A DNA stretch of 64,000 nt from assembly GCA_964610335.1 (NCBI GenBank), contig CAZSVP010000003.1:141531-205530 (forward strand). The letters run 5' to 3'. Each line of letters opens with the position of its first letter. The first letter of the stretch is position 1. The notes under the pieces are model-generated. The model had not been told where the DNA came from, did not search any database, and worked only from the letters and a program-made list of their open reading frames with translations. Shown here one piece after another: positions 19,518 to 30,354 of this stretch. The translations under genes and the position numbers were made by a program. The stretch comes from an uncultured Candidatus Saccharibacteria bacterium. GTDB taxonomy: Bacteria; Patescibacteriota; Saccharimonadia; CAILAD01; BJGX01.

Positions 19518-20557
19518 AAGTCAGCCTTCTTGGGCAGCTTCAACTCCATGTTGCCGGGCAGGGGAGTATCTGGCTCAGGATCGATACAAGCTTCGAGCTC
19601 GGCAACAATCTTCTTCTCATCAACATCTTGTCCGATAAACACGAGCTCGGTCTTGGGCTCGGCACTTTTTGGCCAATTGTCCCAAACTATCTCAGCCCGA
19701 ACTCCGACTAACTGGAATATATAGCGCCGCAGGTGGCCTTTGACATTAAAATCCAAGAATCCCTTAGCACGATATATGTTGGTAGGGATCTTGCGATTTG
19801 CAAACTGTTCAAATTTGCGCGGATCGAGTGGTTTGTCGCTGGTCCAAACGAACTGTTGATAGTGTTCGTGGATATGATCTTTGTGATCCGTAGTTTCATG
19901 ATCTGACTCGGTCGTAGTCGCAACTTGGCCGGAACCTGTCTTGTACAAATCAGTGTCGAGTACCAGGCGCACGTCGAGCTCACCTCGGACTGTTTCGATT
20001 ATGCGCGCTTTAGGATTAAACATACCGATCAGCTGATGGATCTCCTTGATCTTGGCTTTAGGCACCATATCGACCTTGTTGATTACCACAAAGTCGCTGA
20101 ATATTATTTGGTCGCGCGCGGTGTCATTGGCACTAGCATTCTTTTCCAAGTTCTCAGCGTCAAGTACTGTCACAATACTGTCTAGCCGGACTCGTTGGCC
20201 GAGAGTATCGCGCAAGGTAAGTGCTAAATCGCGTGGCTCGGCTAAGCCACTAGCCTCGATTAATATGTAGTCGATGTTGCTATTAGGGGTAATAAACTGA
20301 TCGATAGCTTCTTGGAGATCGAGAGTTTGCAAGCTGCAGCATATGCAGCCCGAGGTTAGTTCGAGCTTTTGGTCGGTTTGGCTTTTCACCAAACCAGCAT
20401 CGATGTTGATGTCGCCAAAATCATTGACCACCACACCAATGTTCATACCTTCGTTGTGGGTAAGGATGTAATTGAGTAGAGTGGTTTTGCCAGCACCCAA
20501 GAAGCCTTGAAGCACTGTGATGGGGATCTTGCGATATTGTATTTCTGGTTTGTTCAT
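19514..20557 (-). CDS. CobW/COG0523 family metallochaperone GTPase
   Basis: GFLGAGKTT, GCICC, EASG, NKVD, His-rich linker, YRAKG. Confidence 0.92.
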   Translation of the reverse strand: MNKPEIQYRKIPITVLQGFLGAGKTTLLNYILTHNEGMNIGVVVNDFGDINIDAGLVKSQTDQKLELTSGCICCSLQTLDLQEAIDQFITPNSNIDYILIEASGLAEPRDLALTLRDTLGQRVRLDSIVTVLDAENLEKNASANDTARDQIIFSDFVVINKVDMVPKAKIKEIHQLIGMFNPKARIIETVRGELDVRLVLDTDLYKTGSGQVATTTESDHETTDHKDHIHEHYQQFVWTSDKPLDPRKFEQFANRKIPTNIYRAKGFLDFNVKGHLRRYIFQLVGVRAEIVWDNWPKSAEPKTELVFIGQDVDEKKIVAELEACIDPEPDTPLPGNMELKLPKKADL

Positions 20558-20589
20558 AGGGTATAATTATACCAATAAAAGGAGTTGCA

Positions 20590-21330
20590 ATGGAATTTAA
20601 CCTGAAATTTATAGGTAAGGAGAAGGTAGCCACCGATGCTTGGCGACTAGACTTTGAAAAACCCAAAGGCTACAAACACCAAGCAGGACAATACAACGAG
20701 TTTCATCTCAAACACGCCGGAGTAGACGACCGTGGTGAAACCAGATGGTTTACCGCAAGTAGCTCACCCACAGAGGAGCACCTAAGTATTACCACTCGGC
20801 ATGTCAAGGATCATCCGTCAACTTTCAAAAATGCGCTATTTGACTTGAAGAAGGGCGACAGCGTGCCTGCCAAGGGCCCAATGGGTGAGTTTGTTTTGCC
20901 CCAAGACAAATCAGTCAAGCTAGTCTGGGTAGCAGGAGGGATTGGCATAACACCATTTGTCAGCCAAATGCGTTATCTGCTTGATACTAAGGATTTGAAT
21001 CGCGATATTATATTATTCTATGGTAGCCGCAGCGATGCCGACATAGTCTGCCCAAATCTGCTAAATGAAGTACGTGATGCCATGAAACATTTTAAACTAG
21101 TGCGTGTTTACTCTGAGGAACCACCGTCGTTTATAGATGAACACGTAGAGACAGGGCTAATTGACGAAAAGCTGATCAACAAATACTTACCTGATTTGCA
21201 GGATCGAGAGTTCTTTGTGTCAGGGCCTGAGCCGATGGTGGACTCGTTTAAACAAATGCTTGGTTTTATGGGTGTTCGTGACAACCATATACATCAAGAC
21301 TGGTTCCCTGGCTATACCGAGAGATACTAA
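20590..21330 (+). CDS. ferredoxin-NADP reductase-like FAD/NAD(P) oxidoreductase
   Basis: RWFTASS, GPMGEF, AGGIGITPF, SGPEPMV. Confidence 0.85.
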   Translation: MEFNLKFIGKEKVATDAWRLDFEKPKGYKHQAGQYNEFHLKHAGVDDRGETRWFTASSSPTEEHLSITTRHVKDHPSTFKNALFDLKKGDSVPAKGPMGEFVLPQDKSVKLVWVAGGIGITPFVSQMRYLLDTKDLNRDIILFYGSRSDADIVCPNLLNEVRDAMKHFKLVRVYSEEPPSFIDEHVETGLIDEKLINKYLPDLQDREFFVSGPEPMVDSFKQMLGFMGVRDNHIHQDWFPGYTERY

Positions 21331-21373
21331 GCATTTTTTGATAGCCCTTATGCTATACTAGTACCAGATAGTT

Positions 21374-23032
21374 ATGCAGATCGTAGGCAAAGAAAAAAGT
21401 CTCCAATCGGTAGTACTTGATGCTACTGTCGTTAACCAAGCAATAGTGCTCGGCTTTTGTTTGATTGTAACTGTATTTGGCATCACGATTCCATCAAACT
21501 TGTTGATATATATCAATGCACCATTGGCAGTGTTTGGTCTTATATACGATTTCTTTTTGTTCAACCGTATTAGCGGACGGCTACCATACTTCAGTAGCTA
21601 CTTGGCAATACTGATAGTGATGTTGCAATACTTTGTTGTGATCTCTGTGACAGGCGGTTTCAACTCACCATACTATGGTGCCTGGCTACTTATACTCACT
21701 ATGAGTTGTGTGCTTGGTATTAGAGCATTTGTGGTCAATGTTTTTTTGGCGGCCATCGGGTTCTTGGTAACAATTGGTCTTATGAGTATTGGCAGTGGTC
21801 ATGTACAGTTCAATATTGTAAGTCTTGGCCTCAATGTCGTGGCTCTGCTTTTTGGTGCATTTATTGCTGTTGCTTTTGAACAGTTTAAGCAAGCTACTAG
21901 CTTTGCTAGCCGTATAAGTAATCAAATAGATAGTACACAATTCTCCGAAAAGCTTATGCTTGCTAGCATTGCCGATCCAGTGATTGGGCTTGATAACAAT
22001 CGCAAGATTGTGCTCATGAACATTGCCGCTGAGGACATGTTTGGTTGGGATCTCAAAAGTGCCACCGGGGTTTTTTACCTCAATGTCATGAAACTGCGTG
22101 ATGGCACCGGCAATGAATTAACCAATGCCAACGATCCGTTCTTGCAGGTGTTTGAAAAAAAAGTGCAAGTTACAACCGATGCATACTCAGTCACTGACAA
22201 GCAAAACAACAAAATTGCGGTTTCGATGTCGATTGCACCCACAGTAGATGTCAACAACGAGATCTCAGGCGCAATTGCAGTATTACATGATATTTCTGAT
22301 CAAAAAGCATTGCAACGTGAGCGCAATGAGTTTGTTTCTACAGCCAGCCATGAAATGCGCACACCAGTGGCTGCCATTGAGGGTTATATATCTATGGCTA
22401 CAAATCCCAATCTAGCCACCATCGATGAACGCGGCAAGAATTTCTTGGAAAAAGCCCACAACTCCGCAATCCACCTAGGCAAGCTTTTCCAAGACCTACT
22501 AAGTGTTACTAAGATTGAGGACCGCCGTTTGCAGGAGCATCGTGAAGTATTCAATTTAAGCGATATTGTCAGCCAAATTAGTTCAGAAATGGAGATGGTA
22601 GCTCAGCGTAAAGGATTGAAACTGTATACACACATTGGTAAATCTGCTGGCATCAATGAATCTGTAATTGCTCCTATTTATCTGATAAATGCTGACCCTA
22701 GTAGAATTCGTGAGGTTATAACAAACCTTGTAGACAACGCCATCAAATACACACCACAGGGTTCGGTTGAGATCGAACTAACTGGTGATAAAAACAATGT
22801 TACGCTCAATGTAAAAGACACCGGCATGGGTATAGCGCCAGACGACTTGCGCCATATGTTTGAAAAGTTTTACCGGGTCAACAACTCTCTAACGCGTGAC
22901 ATCGGTGGTACGGGTCTTGGCCTCTACATAGCACGCAGCTTGATAGAACTGTATGGCGGTAAGATGTTGGTAAGTAGTAAGCCAGGAGAGGGCTCAACAT
23001 TTGGTTTTACCTTACCACTAGCCAAAAAATAA
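21374..23032 (+). CDS. membrane PAS-domain sensor histidine kinase
   Basis: TM region, PAS domain, SHEMRTP, NLVDNAIKY, DTGMG, GTGLGL. Confidence 0.93.
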   Translation: MQIVGKEKSLQSVVLDATVVNQAIVLGFCLIVTVFGITIPSNLLIYINAPLAVFGLIYDFFLFNRISGRLPYFSSYLAILIVMLQYFVVISVTGGFNSPYYGAWLLILTMSCVLGIRAFVVNVFLAAIGFLVTIGLMSIGSGHVQFNIVSLGLNVVALLFGAFIAVAFEQFKQATSFASRISNQIDSTQFSEKLMLASIADPVIGLDNNRKIVLMNIAAEDMFGWDLKSATGVFYLNVMKLRDGTGNELTNANDPFLQVFEKKVQVTTDAYSVTDKQNNKIAVSMSIAPTVDVNNEISGAIAVLHDISDQKALQRERNEFVSTASHEMRTPVAAIEGYISMATNPNLATIDERGKNFLEKAHNSAIHLGKLFQDLLSVTKIEDRRLQEHREVFNLSDIVSQISSEMEMVAQRKGLKLYTHIGKSAGINESVIAPIYLINADPSRIREVITNLVDNAIKYTPQGSVEIELTGDKNNVTLNVKDTGMGIAPDDLRHMFEKFYRVNNSLTRDIGGTGLGLYIARSLIELYGGKMLVSSKPGEGSTFGFTLPLAKK

Positions 23033-23091
23033 TCGTTTGGTATAATGAGTACAACGCTTGAAAGCATAAACGTAAACGAGGGTGTAATTAA

Positions 23092-23565
23092 ATGGCAAAA
23101 ATCCTAATAGTAGAAGACGATATCAGCTTACGAGACGTTTACACGGCTCGATTGCAGGCCGAAGGTTTTCAGATATCCACTGCCAGCAATGGCGAAGAAG
23201 CCTTAGCGGTCGCTGTCAAAGAACGCCCCGACTTGATTATTTTGGATATCATGATGCCACGTATATCTGGTTTTGATGTGCTCGACATTATTCGTACTAC
23301 ACCAGAGATTGCTCACACCAGAGTTGTTATGATGACTGCACTTAGTGCACCAGAAGACCGCGAACGTGGAGAGAAATTGGGAGTAGATGAATACTTAGTG
23401 AAATCACAGGTTACACTCGAAGATGTTGTCGGCACTATTAAGCGAGTATTAGGCGGCGCTAGTGCTGCCGGCGATACAACTCAGCCACAAAACAGTGCAG
23501 CCCCTGCCGCTACGCCGCCAACTCAGCCAGCTGCTGACCAGCCGCCAACCCCACCTGCGCAATAA
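23092..23565 (+). CDS. single-domain response regulator with P/A/Q-rich tail
   Basis: VEDD, LDIMMP, MTA, YLVK. Confidence 0.9.
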   Translation: MAKILIVEDDISLRDVYTARLQAEGFQISTASNGEEALAVAVKERPDLIILDIMMPRISGFDVLDIIRTTPEIAHTRVVMMTALSAPEDRERGEKLGVDEYLVKSQVTLEDVVGTIKRVLGGASAAGDTTQPQNSAAPAATPPTQPAADQPPTPPAQ

Positions 23566-23645
23566 GCAATCAAACTAAGATCCTACTAAAGGTCTTTTTT
23601 GTATACTCTAGTTATGGGCGCCTATATCTGGTAAAATAGCATATT

Positions 23646-24956
23646 ATGCGACAACTACATACCGAACTGCTTAAACATATTGATGAGACAGTAACTATTG
23701 CTGGCTGGCTGTACAAAAAACGTTTGCTTGGTGGGCTCAACTTTCTTGTAATCCGTGACCGCAGCGGGCTTACTCAAGTACTAGTGGAGGATGAAAAAGA
23801 AGTAGCCAAACTTGAAACTCTTCAGCTTGGTAGTGTTCTACAGATTGAAGGAAAGGTTTTCAAGGACGAGCGCGCTCCAGGTGGGGTTGAGATACATGAA
23901 CCAACTATTAATGTACTTACTGCTGTACATGATGTAATGCCAATTGAAATAGATAAGCCGATCAGTCACAAACCAGAGCATCTAGATTCGCTGTTTGAGC
24001 ACCGTGTGCTTAGCCTACGTAACACAACTGAACAACAGATATTTAAAGTTCAGGCTGGAGTTGAGGCAATATTACGAGATCAGCTGTTGGCCAGGGGCTT
24101 TATACCATTTCATAGTCCTAAAATCCTGGCTGAACCTACCGAAGGTGGAGCTGAGACTTTTCAGCTCGACTACTTTGATCGCTCAGCGACCTTGGCTCAA
24201 TCAGCCCAGTTCTACAAACAAATGATGGTAGGTGTGTACGAGCGGGTTTTTGAGGTGGGTGGCACATATCGAGCTGAGCCATCACTTACTACTCGACATA
24301 TGAGCGAGTACATCACAGTTGATGTTGAAATGGGGTTTATCGAGAGCTTTGCCGACATCAAAAATCTTTTGTCAGAGCTTATTTATAACCTCAACGAACA
24401 AATTTGGAAGACCTGCGAGTCTGAGCTAACTATGCTCAATGCCAAACCAGCCAAGCTAACCAAGCAAATTCCTGAGTTGCCAATGCACGAGCTGCACGAG
24501 CTGTTTTTCAAGCAGACCGGTGAAGATACTCGCGGCGAGAAAGACCCCACACCAGCCGAAGAACGATTTGCCAGTGAATATGCCCTTAAGAAGTGGGGTA
24601 GTGAAGCTGTATATATTACTGACTTTCCAACCGCTGAAATGAAGTTTTACCATATGATTAACCCCGACAATCCAGATGTTTGCGAACGGGCTGATCTAAT
24701 ATTTCGCGGCGTGGAAATAGTAACACTGACTCAACGCGAACATCGCTATGCAATTCTTGTCGAACAACTCAAAGCCATGGGCGCCGATCCTGATGATCCC
24801 GGCTTTAAATACTACTTACAGGCATTTCAATATGGTATGCCGCCACATGGCGGGTTTGGTTTGGGTCTAGAGCGACTGACTCAGAAAATCATTGGGCTGA
24901 ACAACGTCAAAGAAGCAACGCTGTTCCCGCGCGACATGCATCGTTTAAGCCCATAG
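23646..24956 (+). CDS. aspS: aspartate--tRNA ligase (short, probably non-discriminating type)
   Basis: OB-fold, LAQSAQFYKQ, YRAE, RHMSEY, PPHGGFGLGLER. Confidence 0.9.
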   Translation: MRQLHTELLKHIDETVTIAGWLYKKRLLGGLNFLVIRDRSGLTQVLVEDEKEVAKLETLQLGSVLQIEGKVFKDERAPGGVEIHEPTINVLTAVHDVMPIEIDKPISHKPEHLDSLFEHRVLSLRNTTEQQIFKVQAGVEAILRDQLLARGFIPFHSPKILAEPTEGGAETFQLDYFDRSATLAQSAQFYKQMMVGVYERVFEVGGTYRAEPSLTTRHMSEYITVDVEMGFIESFADIKNLLSELIYNLNEQIWKTCESELTMLNAKPAKLTKQIPELPMHELHELFFKQTGEDTRGEKDPTPAEERFASEYALKKWGSEAVYITDFPTAEMKFYHMINPDNPDVCERADLIFRGVEIVTLTQREHRYAILVEQLKAMGADPDDPGFKYYLQAFQYGMPPHGGFGLGLERLTQKIIGLNNVKEATLFPRDMHRLSP

Positions 24957-24972
24957 TACTAAAGGAGGTTGT

Positions 24973-25650
24973 TTGAGCTACGATGTAGAACTCGATATCT
25001 ATACTGGACCACTTGATTTGCTGCTTGAGCTAATTGAACGGCAGGATCTAGATATATGCGATGTAAGCCTAAGTAAGGTAACCGATGGATACTTGGATCA
25101 CATGAGCTCAGAAACACTCTCAAACGCCGATATGAATGCATTTCTGTCAGTCGCAGCACAACTTATCAAGATCAAGGCACGCACAGTTTCTGGTATCCTC
25201 GAGCCTAATACAGAACAAGACGACAAAGATGAAAACTTAGTGCAAAAACTGCAAGACTACCAACAACTAAAAGAACGCGCCAAAGTACTGAAACAATTGC
25301 ATACTTTATCTAAGCAAAGTTTTACTACTGGTAGTCAAGCAACTAGTAACAACTACCAACACCTAAGCGATCGACTTAGTATTGGATTACAAAAACTGAC
25401 ACTGGCCAAGCAGACAAGAGAGCAATTCCAGCTTCGACTTGCTCGTAACCAGCCACAACTTGCCAAACACCGACAAGAATTCCAACAGTTACTACAAACA
25501 CTAAAGCGAGTTCAGCTCGGCGAACTTATGAGCCAATGCGACAGTCACGATCAGCAGGTTGTATATTTTCTATGTATCCTGGAATCAGTGCGTAGCCAAA
25601 GACTAAGCCTTGGCTATCACAATCAAGCAATATTTTTGGAAGCAGTTTAG
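24973..25650 (+). CDS. scpA: segregation/condensation protein A
   Basis: YTGPLDLLLELI, C-terminal YFLCILE; TTG start with AGGAGG RBS. Confidence 0.85.
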   Translation: MSYDVELDIYTGPLDLLLELIERQDLDICDVSLSKVTDGYLDHMSSETLSNADMNAFLSVAAQLIKIKARTVSGILEPNTEQDDKDENLVQKLQDYQQLKERAKVLKQLHTLSKQSFTTGSQATSNNYQHLSDRLSIGLQKLTLAKQTREQFQLRLARNQPQLAKHRQEFQQLLQTLKRVQLGELMSQCDSHDQQVVYFLCILESVRSQRLSLGYHNQAIFLEAV

Positions 25651-25651
25651 T

Positions 25652-26158
25652 ATGGATAACTTGCAAAACAAGATACTAGCAATGCTTTTTACTAGTCCTA
25701 AACCTCTATCACTTAAGGCGATTGCAAGTGCTACCAAAACCAAAGAATCAGATCTGGAAAAAGCGCTCAAAGCACTGAGTTTATTTCTTAAACCCACGTG
25801 CTTAGAGGTTCGAGTTTTCCCGAAGGGATACCTGCTAGTAACCAAACCAGACTACGCGGAATTTGTGGGTAGCCTGCCTCATACCAAGAAACCACAGCTT
25901 TCATCAGCTAGCCTGGAAGTTTTGGCAGTAGTTGCTTATCAGCAACCTGTCAGCAAGACTTCGATTGATGAACAGCGCGGTGTTCAAAGTGATGTTTCGC
26001 TACAAAACCTCCAAGAGCTTAGGCTGGTAGAAGAGGTGATACGTACTATTGACCAAGTGCCAGAAGCATACTGGCAAACAACTGAGCAATTTCTGCTTCA
26101 GTTTGGTTTAGAGGATATAGATGAACTACCAAAACCCAACATCAATTCGCCTAAATAA
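25652..26158 (+). CDS. scpB: segregation/condensation protein B
   Basis: LSSASLEVLAVVAYQQPVS, TTEQFLLQFGL. Confidence 0.88.
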   Translation: MDNLQNKILAMLFTSPKPLSLKAIASATKTKESDLEKALKALSLFLKPTCLEVRVFPKGYLLVTKPDYAEFVGSLPHTKKPQLSSASLEVLAVVAYQQPVSKTSIDEQRGVQSDVSLQNLQELRLVEEVIRTIDQVPEAYWQTTEQFLLQFGLEDIDELPKPNINSPK

Positions 26159-26828
26159 GGCGTTGGTTCAACTTGGTTTGGCACCTAGTCGGCGCAAGGC
26201 CGATGAAATGATTATGTCTAGTAAAGTAAGAGTCAACGACCAAGTTACTACCAAACTAGCAACCACCGTATCAATTGAGGCAGACAAGATTACAGCATCT
26301 GGCAAAACTGGTAAATTCAGTTCTCTAAAACCTACTGTGCTCATACTCAATAAACCAACTGGCTATGTTTGTTCACACAATCCCCAGGGCAATGATCGTT
26401 CGATCTTTGCCCTTTTACCCAAACAATTCTCAAGCCTTAAGATAGCCGGGCGACTTGATAAGGATAGTGAGGGATTGGTCCTGCTTACTAGTGATGGTGA
26501 TCTGGCAAATCGTTTGTCGCACCCTCGTTATGAGAAGATGAAATTGTACGAGGTAGTAGTAGACAAGCCTTTGTATGACACACAAATTAAGCAACTTGGC
26601 GAAGGGGTAAAACTACACGATGGTATTAGTAGCTTTGACAAAGTTGTATTGCGAAAATCACGACAACTTTCAATCACGATTCATGAGGGTCGCAATCGAC
26701 AAATCCGCCGAACATTTTCAGCATTGGGATTTACGGTAACTAAACTCAAGCGTGTTCAATTAGGCAATATTAGTTTGGATAATCTTCCGAGTGGGAAGTA
26801 TCGTAAAGTTGATACAATAGAATTATGA
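26121..26828 (+). CDS. rluB: RluB/RsuA family pseudouridine synthase
   Basis: S4 domain (SRRKADE), GRLDKDSEGL, EGRNRQIRR. Confidence 0.85.
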   Translation: MNYQNPTSIRLNKALVQLGLAPSRRKADEMIMSSKVRVNDQVTTKLATTVSIEADKITASGKTGKFSSLKPTVLILNKPTGYVCSHNPQGNDRSIFALLPKQFSSLKIAGRLDKDSEGLVLLTSDGDLANRLSHPRYEKMKLYEVVVDKPLYDTQIKQLGEGVKLHDGISSFDKVVLRKSRQLSITIHEGRNRQIRRTFSALGFTVTKLKRVQLGNISLDNLPSGKYRKVDTIEL

Positions 26829-27742
26829 ATTTACTGATTGTTCTTACATTGTTACTCGCTACAGCCCTGGGACCACTTGGTCAGGGTTTTGGAGTGATTG
26901 CAAATAAACTAAGTCAAATCACTCCCGCTCAGGCCAAAAGCCATAGTGTTGCCTTGCGGCCCAATGCACTGATGCCTAAACCAACTATAAAGCCGAATGT
27001 GAAGCCGCTAGCCATAAGTGCTCAAGCAGGAATGATAATGGATCCAGCTACCAGTGAAGTAATCGTAAAAAAGAGTAGCCACGAGCGGCTCGCACCGGCC
27101 TCGCTTACAAAGCTTATGACAGCACTTGTCATAATGGATCGGCACAAACCAGATGAGATTGTAGAGGTCGAAAACCAGTTTAGTTCAACCCAGGCCGATG
27201 CCCAGAAAGTAGGATTGAAGGTAGGACAAAAATTTCGCCTTAGCGATCTGATGCAAATGCTTTTGGTATACTCGGCAAATGATGCTGCCGAAGCCCTAGC
27301 TGTCTATGATGCCGGCTCAGTCGAAGCCTTTGTGAATCGTATGAACGAGTACAGCGCAAAACTTGGTCTTGATGATAGCCATTTTGAGAACCCAACAGGA
27401 CTCGATGCTACTAACCACTACAGCTCAGCGGCTGACCTTGTATCTATGGCACGAATACTGCTACACAATCAAAGCTTTCGCACTATCGTGCGCCAGCCGC
27501 GTGGCGTAGTACAATCTCTCGGTGGCACCAACTTTAGTTTTGCATCGACCAACCAACTCCTAGCTTATCCTTACATAATTGGCCTTAAAACTGGTAAGAC
27601 TGAGCAAGCAGGTGAATGCCTAGTTACCCTAAGCGCCAAAGACGGACATGAGCTCATTACCGTAGTGCTAAACAGCCCTAACCGTTTCCAAGAGAGCAAA
27701 AATATGGTAGACTGGGCGTTTGCCAATACAATTTGGAAATAA
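26825..27742 (+). CDS. D-alanyl-D-alanine carboxypeptidase (S11)
   Basis: ASLTKLMT (SxxK), SAND (SxN), LKTG. Confidence 0.92.
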   Translation: MNLLIVLTLLLATALGPLGQGFGVIANKLSQITPAQAKSHSVALRPNALMPKPTIKPNVKPLAISAQAGMIMDPATSEVIVKKSSHERLAPASLTKLMTALVIMDRHKPDEIVEVENQFSSTQADAQKVGLKVGQKFRLSDLMQMLLVYSANDAAEALAVYDAGSVEAFVNRMNEYSAKLGLDDSHFENPTGLDATNHYSSAADLVSMARILLHNQSFRTIVRQPRGVVQSLGGTNFSFASTNQLLAYPYIIGLKTGKTEQAGECLVTLSAKDGHELITVVLNSPNRFQESKNMVDWAFANTIWK

Positions 27743-27748
27743 TAACTC

Positions 27749-29086
27749 ATGAATGTCAAATCACTACCTACAATAGTTATTGTCGGCTTGCCCAACGCCG
27801 GCAAGAGTACTTTGTTTAATCGACTGGCCGGACGTCGACAAGCCATCATAGCCGACGAAGCCGGCACCACGCGTGATTTAGTACAAGCCGACTGTGTATT
27901 GGGAGGTAAGGCTGTGCATTTGATCGATACTGCCGGACTCATGAAACCATCTGGTGAGATTGAGCAAGATGCTCAAACCAAAATTGAGCAGGCGCTTGCG
28001 TCAGCCAATGTAATTTTGCTAGTAGTAGATGCTGCCACACCTCCTAGCCAGACTGAACGTCAGCTAGCCGCTCGCTTGCATAAGGCCGCTAAACCACTAA
28101 TATTGGTGATGGCCAAAGCTGACCAAAGGGAGAAGCTTGATCCGTCTGAGTTTGCAGCCTTCGGCATCAAACAAATGTTTGCCACCTCGTCTATTCACAA
28201 TACCGGTACCGAGGAATTGGCGAGGGCAATTGCTGGATGGTTGCCAAAATCTGATGCAGCAGCACGAGTGCCTGAGATTGAGGGCATATCTGTAGCACTG
28301 ATCGGAAGACCCAATGTTGGTAAGTCGAGCCTGATAAACAAACTCAGTGGTACCGATCTGGCAATCGTAAATGAGCAAGCCGGTACTACACGCGATACCA
28401 ACCAAGCTACCATCGAGTACAAGGGTGAAACTATTACATTGACAGATACAGCCGGCATTCGTCGTGCCGGTAAGGTTGGTAAGGGTGTAGAATTCTTCTC
28501 AGTCAATCGCGCTCAAAGTGCTATCGATCGAGTCGATGTGTGCATAGCCCTGGTAGACGCTAGCGAAGGACTGACTGCTCAAGATGTACACGTGCTTGGC
28601 CAAGCCAAAGAGGCTGGCAAAGGGCTTATAATAGCCATTAATAAATGGGACACCATGGACGACGAGCACGAGCAGGCTCAGCTACTTAGTAAGCTCAAAC
28701 GATCACTGCAATTTGCCTGGTGGGCTCCAGTGATATATATCTCAGCTGCAACGGGGCACAATACCAACAAACTTCTAGATACTGTAATAGAAGTACACAA
28801 ACGTATGGGTATTGAGCTACGCACTACAGAACTCAATAAGTTAGTACAAGAAGCTATGGCCAAACATCCGCCAGCCGGGCGGGGAAATATCCACCCCAAG
28901 CTGAATTACGTTACTCAAACCGGTACCAACCCACCCAAACTTACATTCTTCGGAGCACATACCGAAGACATCCACTTTAGCTATCCACGCTACCTCGAAA
29001 ACCGCCTGCGCGAACAGTTTGACCTCACCGGTGTACCGGTAGTAATCGAGATGAAAAGTAAGTACAAGGATAAGACCAAGGGCTGA
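27749..29086 (+). CDS. der: ribosome biogenesis GTPase Der
   Basis: Two G domains (GLPNAGKS, GRPNVGKS), KH-like C-terminus. Confidence 0.95.
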   Translation: MNVKSLPTIVIVGLPNAGKSTLFNRLAGRRQAIIADEAGTTRDLVQADCVLGGKAVHLIDTAGLMKPSGEIEQDAQTKIEQALASANVILLVVDAATPPSQTERQLAARLHKAAKPLILVMAKADQREKLDPSEFAAFGIKQMFATSSIHNTGTEELARAIAGWLPKSDAAARVPEIEGISVALIGRPNVGKSSLINKLSGTDLAIVNEQAGTTRDTNQATIEYKGETITLTDTAGIRRAGKVGKGVEFFSVNRAQSAIDRVDVCIALVDASEGLTAQDVHVLGQAKEAGKGLIIAINKWDTMDDEHEQAQLLSKLKRSLQFAWWAPVIYISAATGHNTNKLLDTVIEVHKRMGIELRTTELNKLVQEAMAKHPPAGRGNIHPKLNYVTQTGTNPPKLTFFGAHTEDIHFSYPRYLENRLREQFDLTGVPVVIEMKSKYKDKTKG

Positions 29087-29148
29087 AGTATTAAAGCTGA
29101 GCTAGCTGCCACTTCCACCTTCCGTCTTCTGCCTTTATACTTAACTGT

Positions 29149-29712
29149 ATGAAACTAATAGTCGGCCTGGGCAACCCAGGAAGTGAATATACCCAAACTC
29201 GCCACAACATCGGTTTTATGGTTGCTGATGAGTTAGCCAACCACTACCAGACCAGTTTTAGTGCTGATAAGAAGCTTAAGGCCGACATTGCCAAGTTTGA
29301 GTATCGCGATGAGTCTATATTGATTGCCAAGCCTCAAACCTTCATGAACCTGAGCGGTGACAGTGTGCGGCTGGTGATGGACTACTATAAGGTAGCACTC
29401 GAAGACGTGTGGGTGGTAAGTGACGATCTCGATCTGGAACTTGGTACTGTCCGCATCCGCCAAGGTGGAAGTGGTGGTGGACACAATGGTCTCAAGGATA
29501 TCATCCAGAAGGCCGGCGAAGACTTTGTGCGCTTTCGTGTGGGAATCAAAAACAACTTGTTAGATCGAGTACCTGCCGAAGATTTTGTATTGCAGAAATT
29601 CAGCAAAGAAGAGATTGAGCAACTACCCACAATTGTATCCAAGACTTCTACAATCGTGATAGATGTGATAGAAAATGGTGTCGAGCACGCCTCGCACTTA
29701 GTAGGACTATGA
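29149..29712 (+). CDS. pth: peptidyl-tRNA hydrolase
   Basis: GLGNPG, TRHNIGF, FMNLSG, GGHNGL. Confidence 0.96.
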   Translation: MKLIVGLGNPGSEYTQTRHNIGFMVADELANHYQTSFSADKKLKADIAKFEYRDESILIAKPQTFMNLSGDSVRLVMDYYKVALEDVWVVSDDLDLELGTVRIRQGGSGGGHNGLKDIIQKAGEDFVRFRVGIKNNLLDRVPAEDFVLQKFSKEEIEQLPTIVSKTSTIVIDVIENGVEHASHLVGL

Positions 29713-30302
29713 CTGGGGAGTCACTAGCGGGTGATTATGGCGATGTTGGTGCTGCTTATCGTAATATGGAAGCTCAAAAGTCACCGACCGATGTCGTATT
29801 AAGCACTCTTCACGCTACGGCTGAACAGCACGAAGATGGCGATAACTTCCGCTATTACACCCTTCAAAAACCGGAAGATTTTCTGAAATGGATGGCGGGC
29901 CAAGGCATAATTATGCACGGCACTACACGTAAGCTTGATCAGCTAGAACCACGAGCTGCCAACGACACCGCCAAAGAGTCAGGTAATCGTACAGCAGTAT
30001 ATATGACGGGCTCCGCCGAAATGGCTATGTTTAGTGCACTGACAGGTGGGGTAGAGATCAATGGCTGGCGCAGGAGTGGGATCAGTACTACTAGAGAGCC
30101 TGGAAAGCTACCAGTCACAGAAGTGACCTTTGCAGTCGAACACGACGAGCATGTCTATCCCGAGGGTTTCGTGTATCTAATTGATCAAGCTGATTCGGAT
30201 GAGCTTAGTGATAATGAATACAAATCATATAAGCCAGTCACTCCACTAGCGGCAATCAAGATCACTCGCAACCAATTCAACCATCCAATCGAAAAAATCT
30301 AA
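29709..30302 (+). CDS. hypothetical protein, possible ADP-ribosyltransferase-like fold
   Basis: MHGT...LEPR...AVYMT spacing resembles the Arr/ART H...Y motifs. Confidence 0.5.
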   Translation: MTGESLAGDYGDVGAAYRNMEAQKSPTDVVLSTLHATAEQHEDGDNFRYYTLQKPEDFLKWMAGQGIIMHGTTRKLDQLEPRAANDTAKESGNRTAVYMTGSAEMAMFSALTGGVEINGWRRSGISTTREPGKLPVTEVTFAVEHDEHVYPEGFVYLIDQADSDELSDNEYKSYKPVTPLAAIKITRNQFNHPIEKI

Positions 30303-30321
30303 AAAACCTGCTAAATAGTGT

Positions 30322-30350
30322 TTGTTTTTTGTTCGCTTATGCTTTATAAT
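30322..30350 (+). promoter_or_regulatory. sigma70-like promoter firing into the non-coding region
   Basis: TTGTTT-N17-TATAAT. Confidence 0.6.
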
Positions 30351-30354
30351 TATT

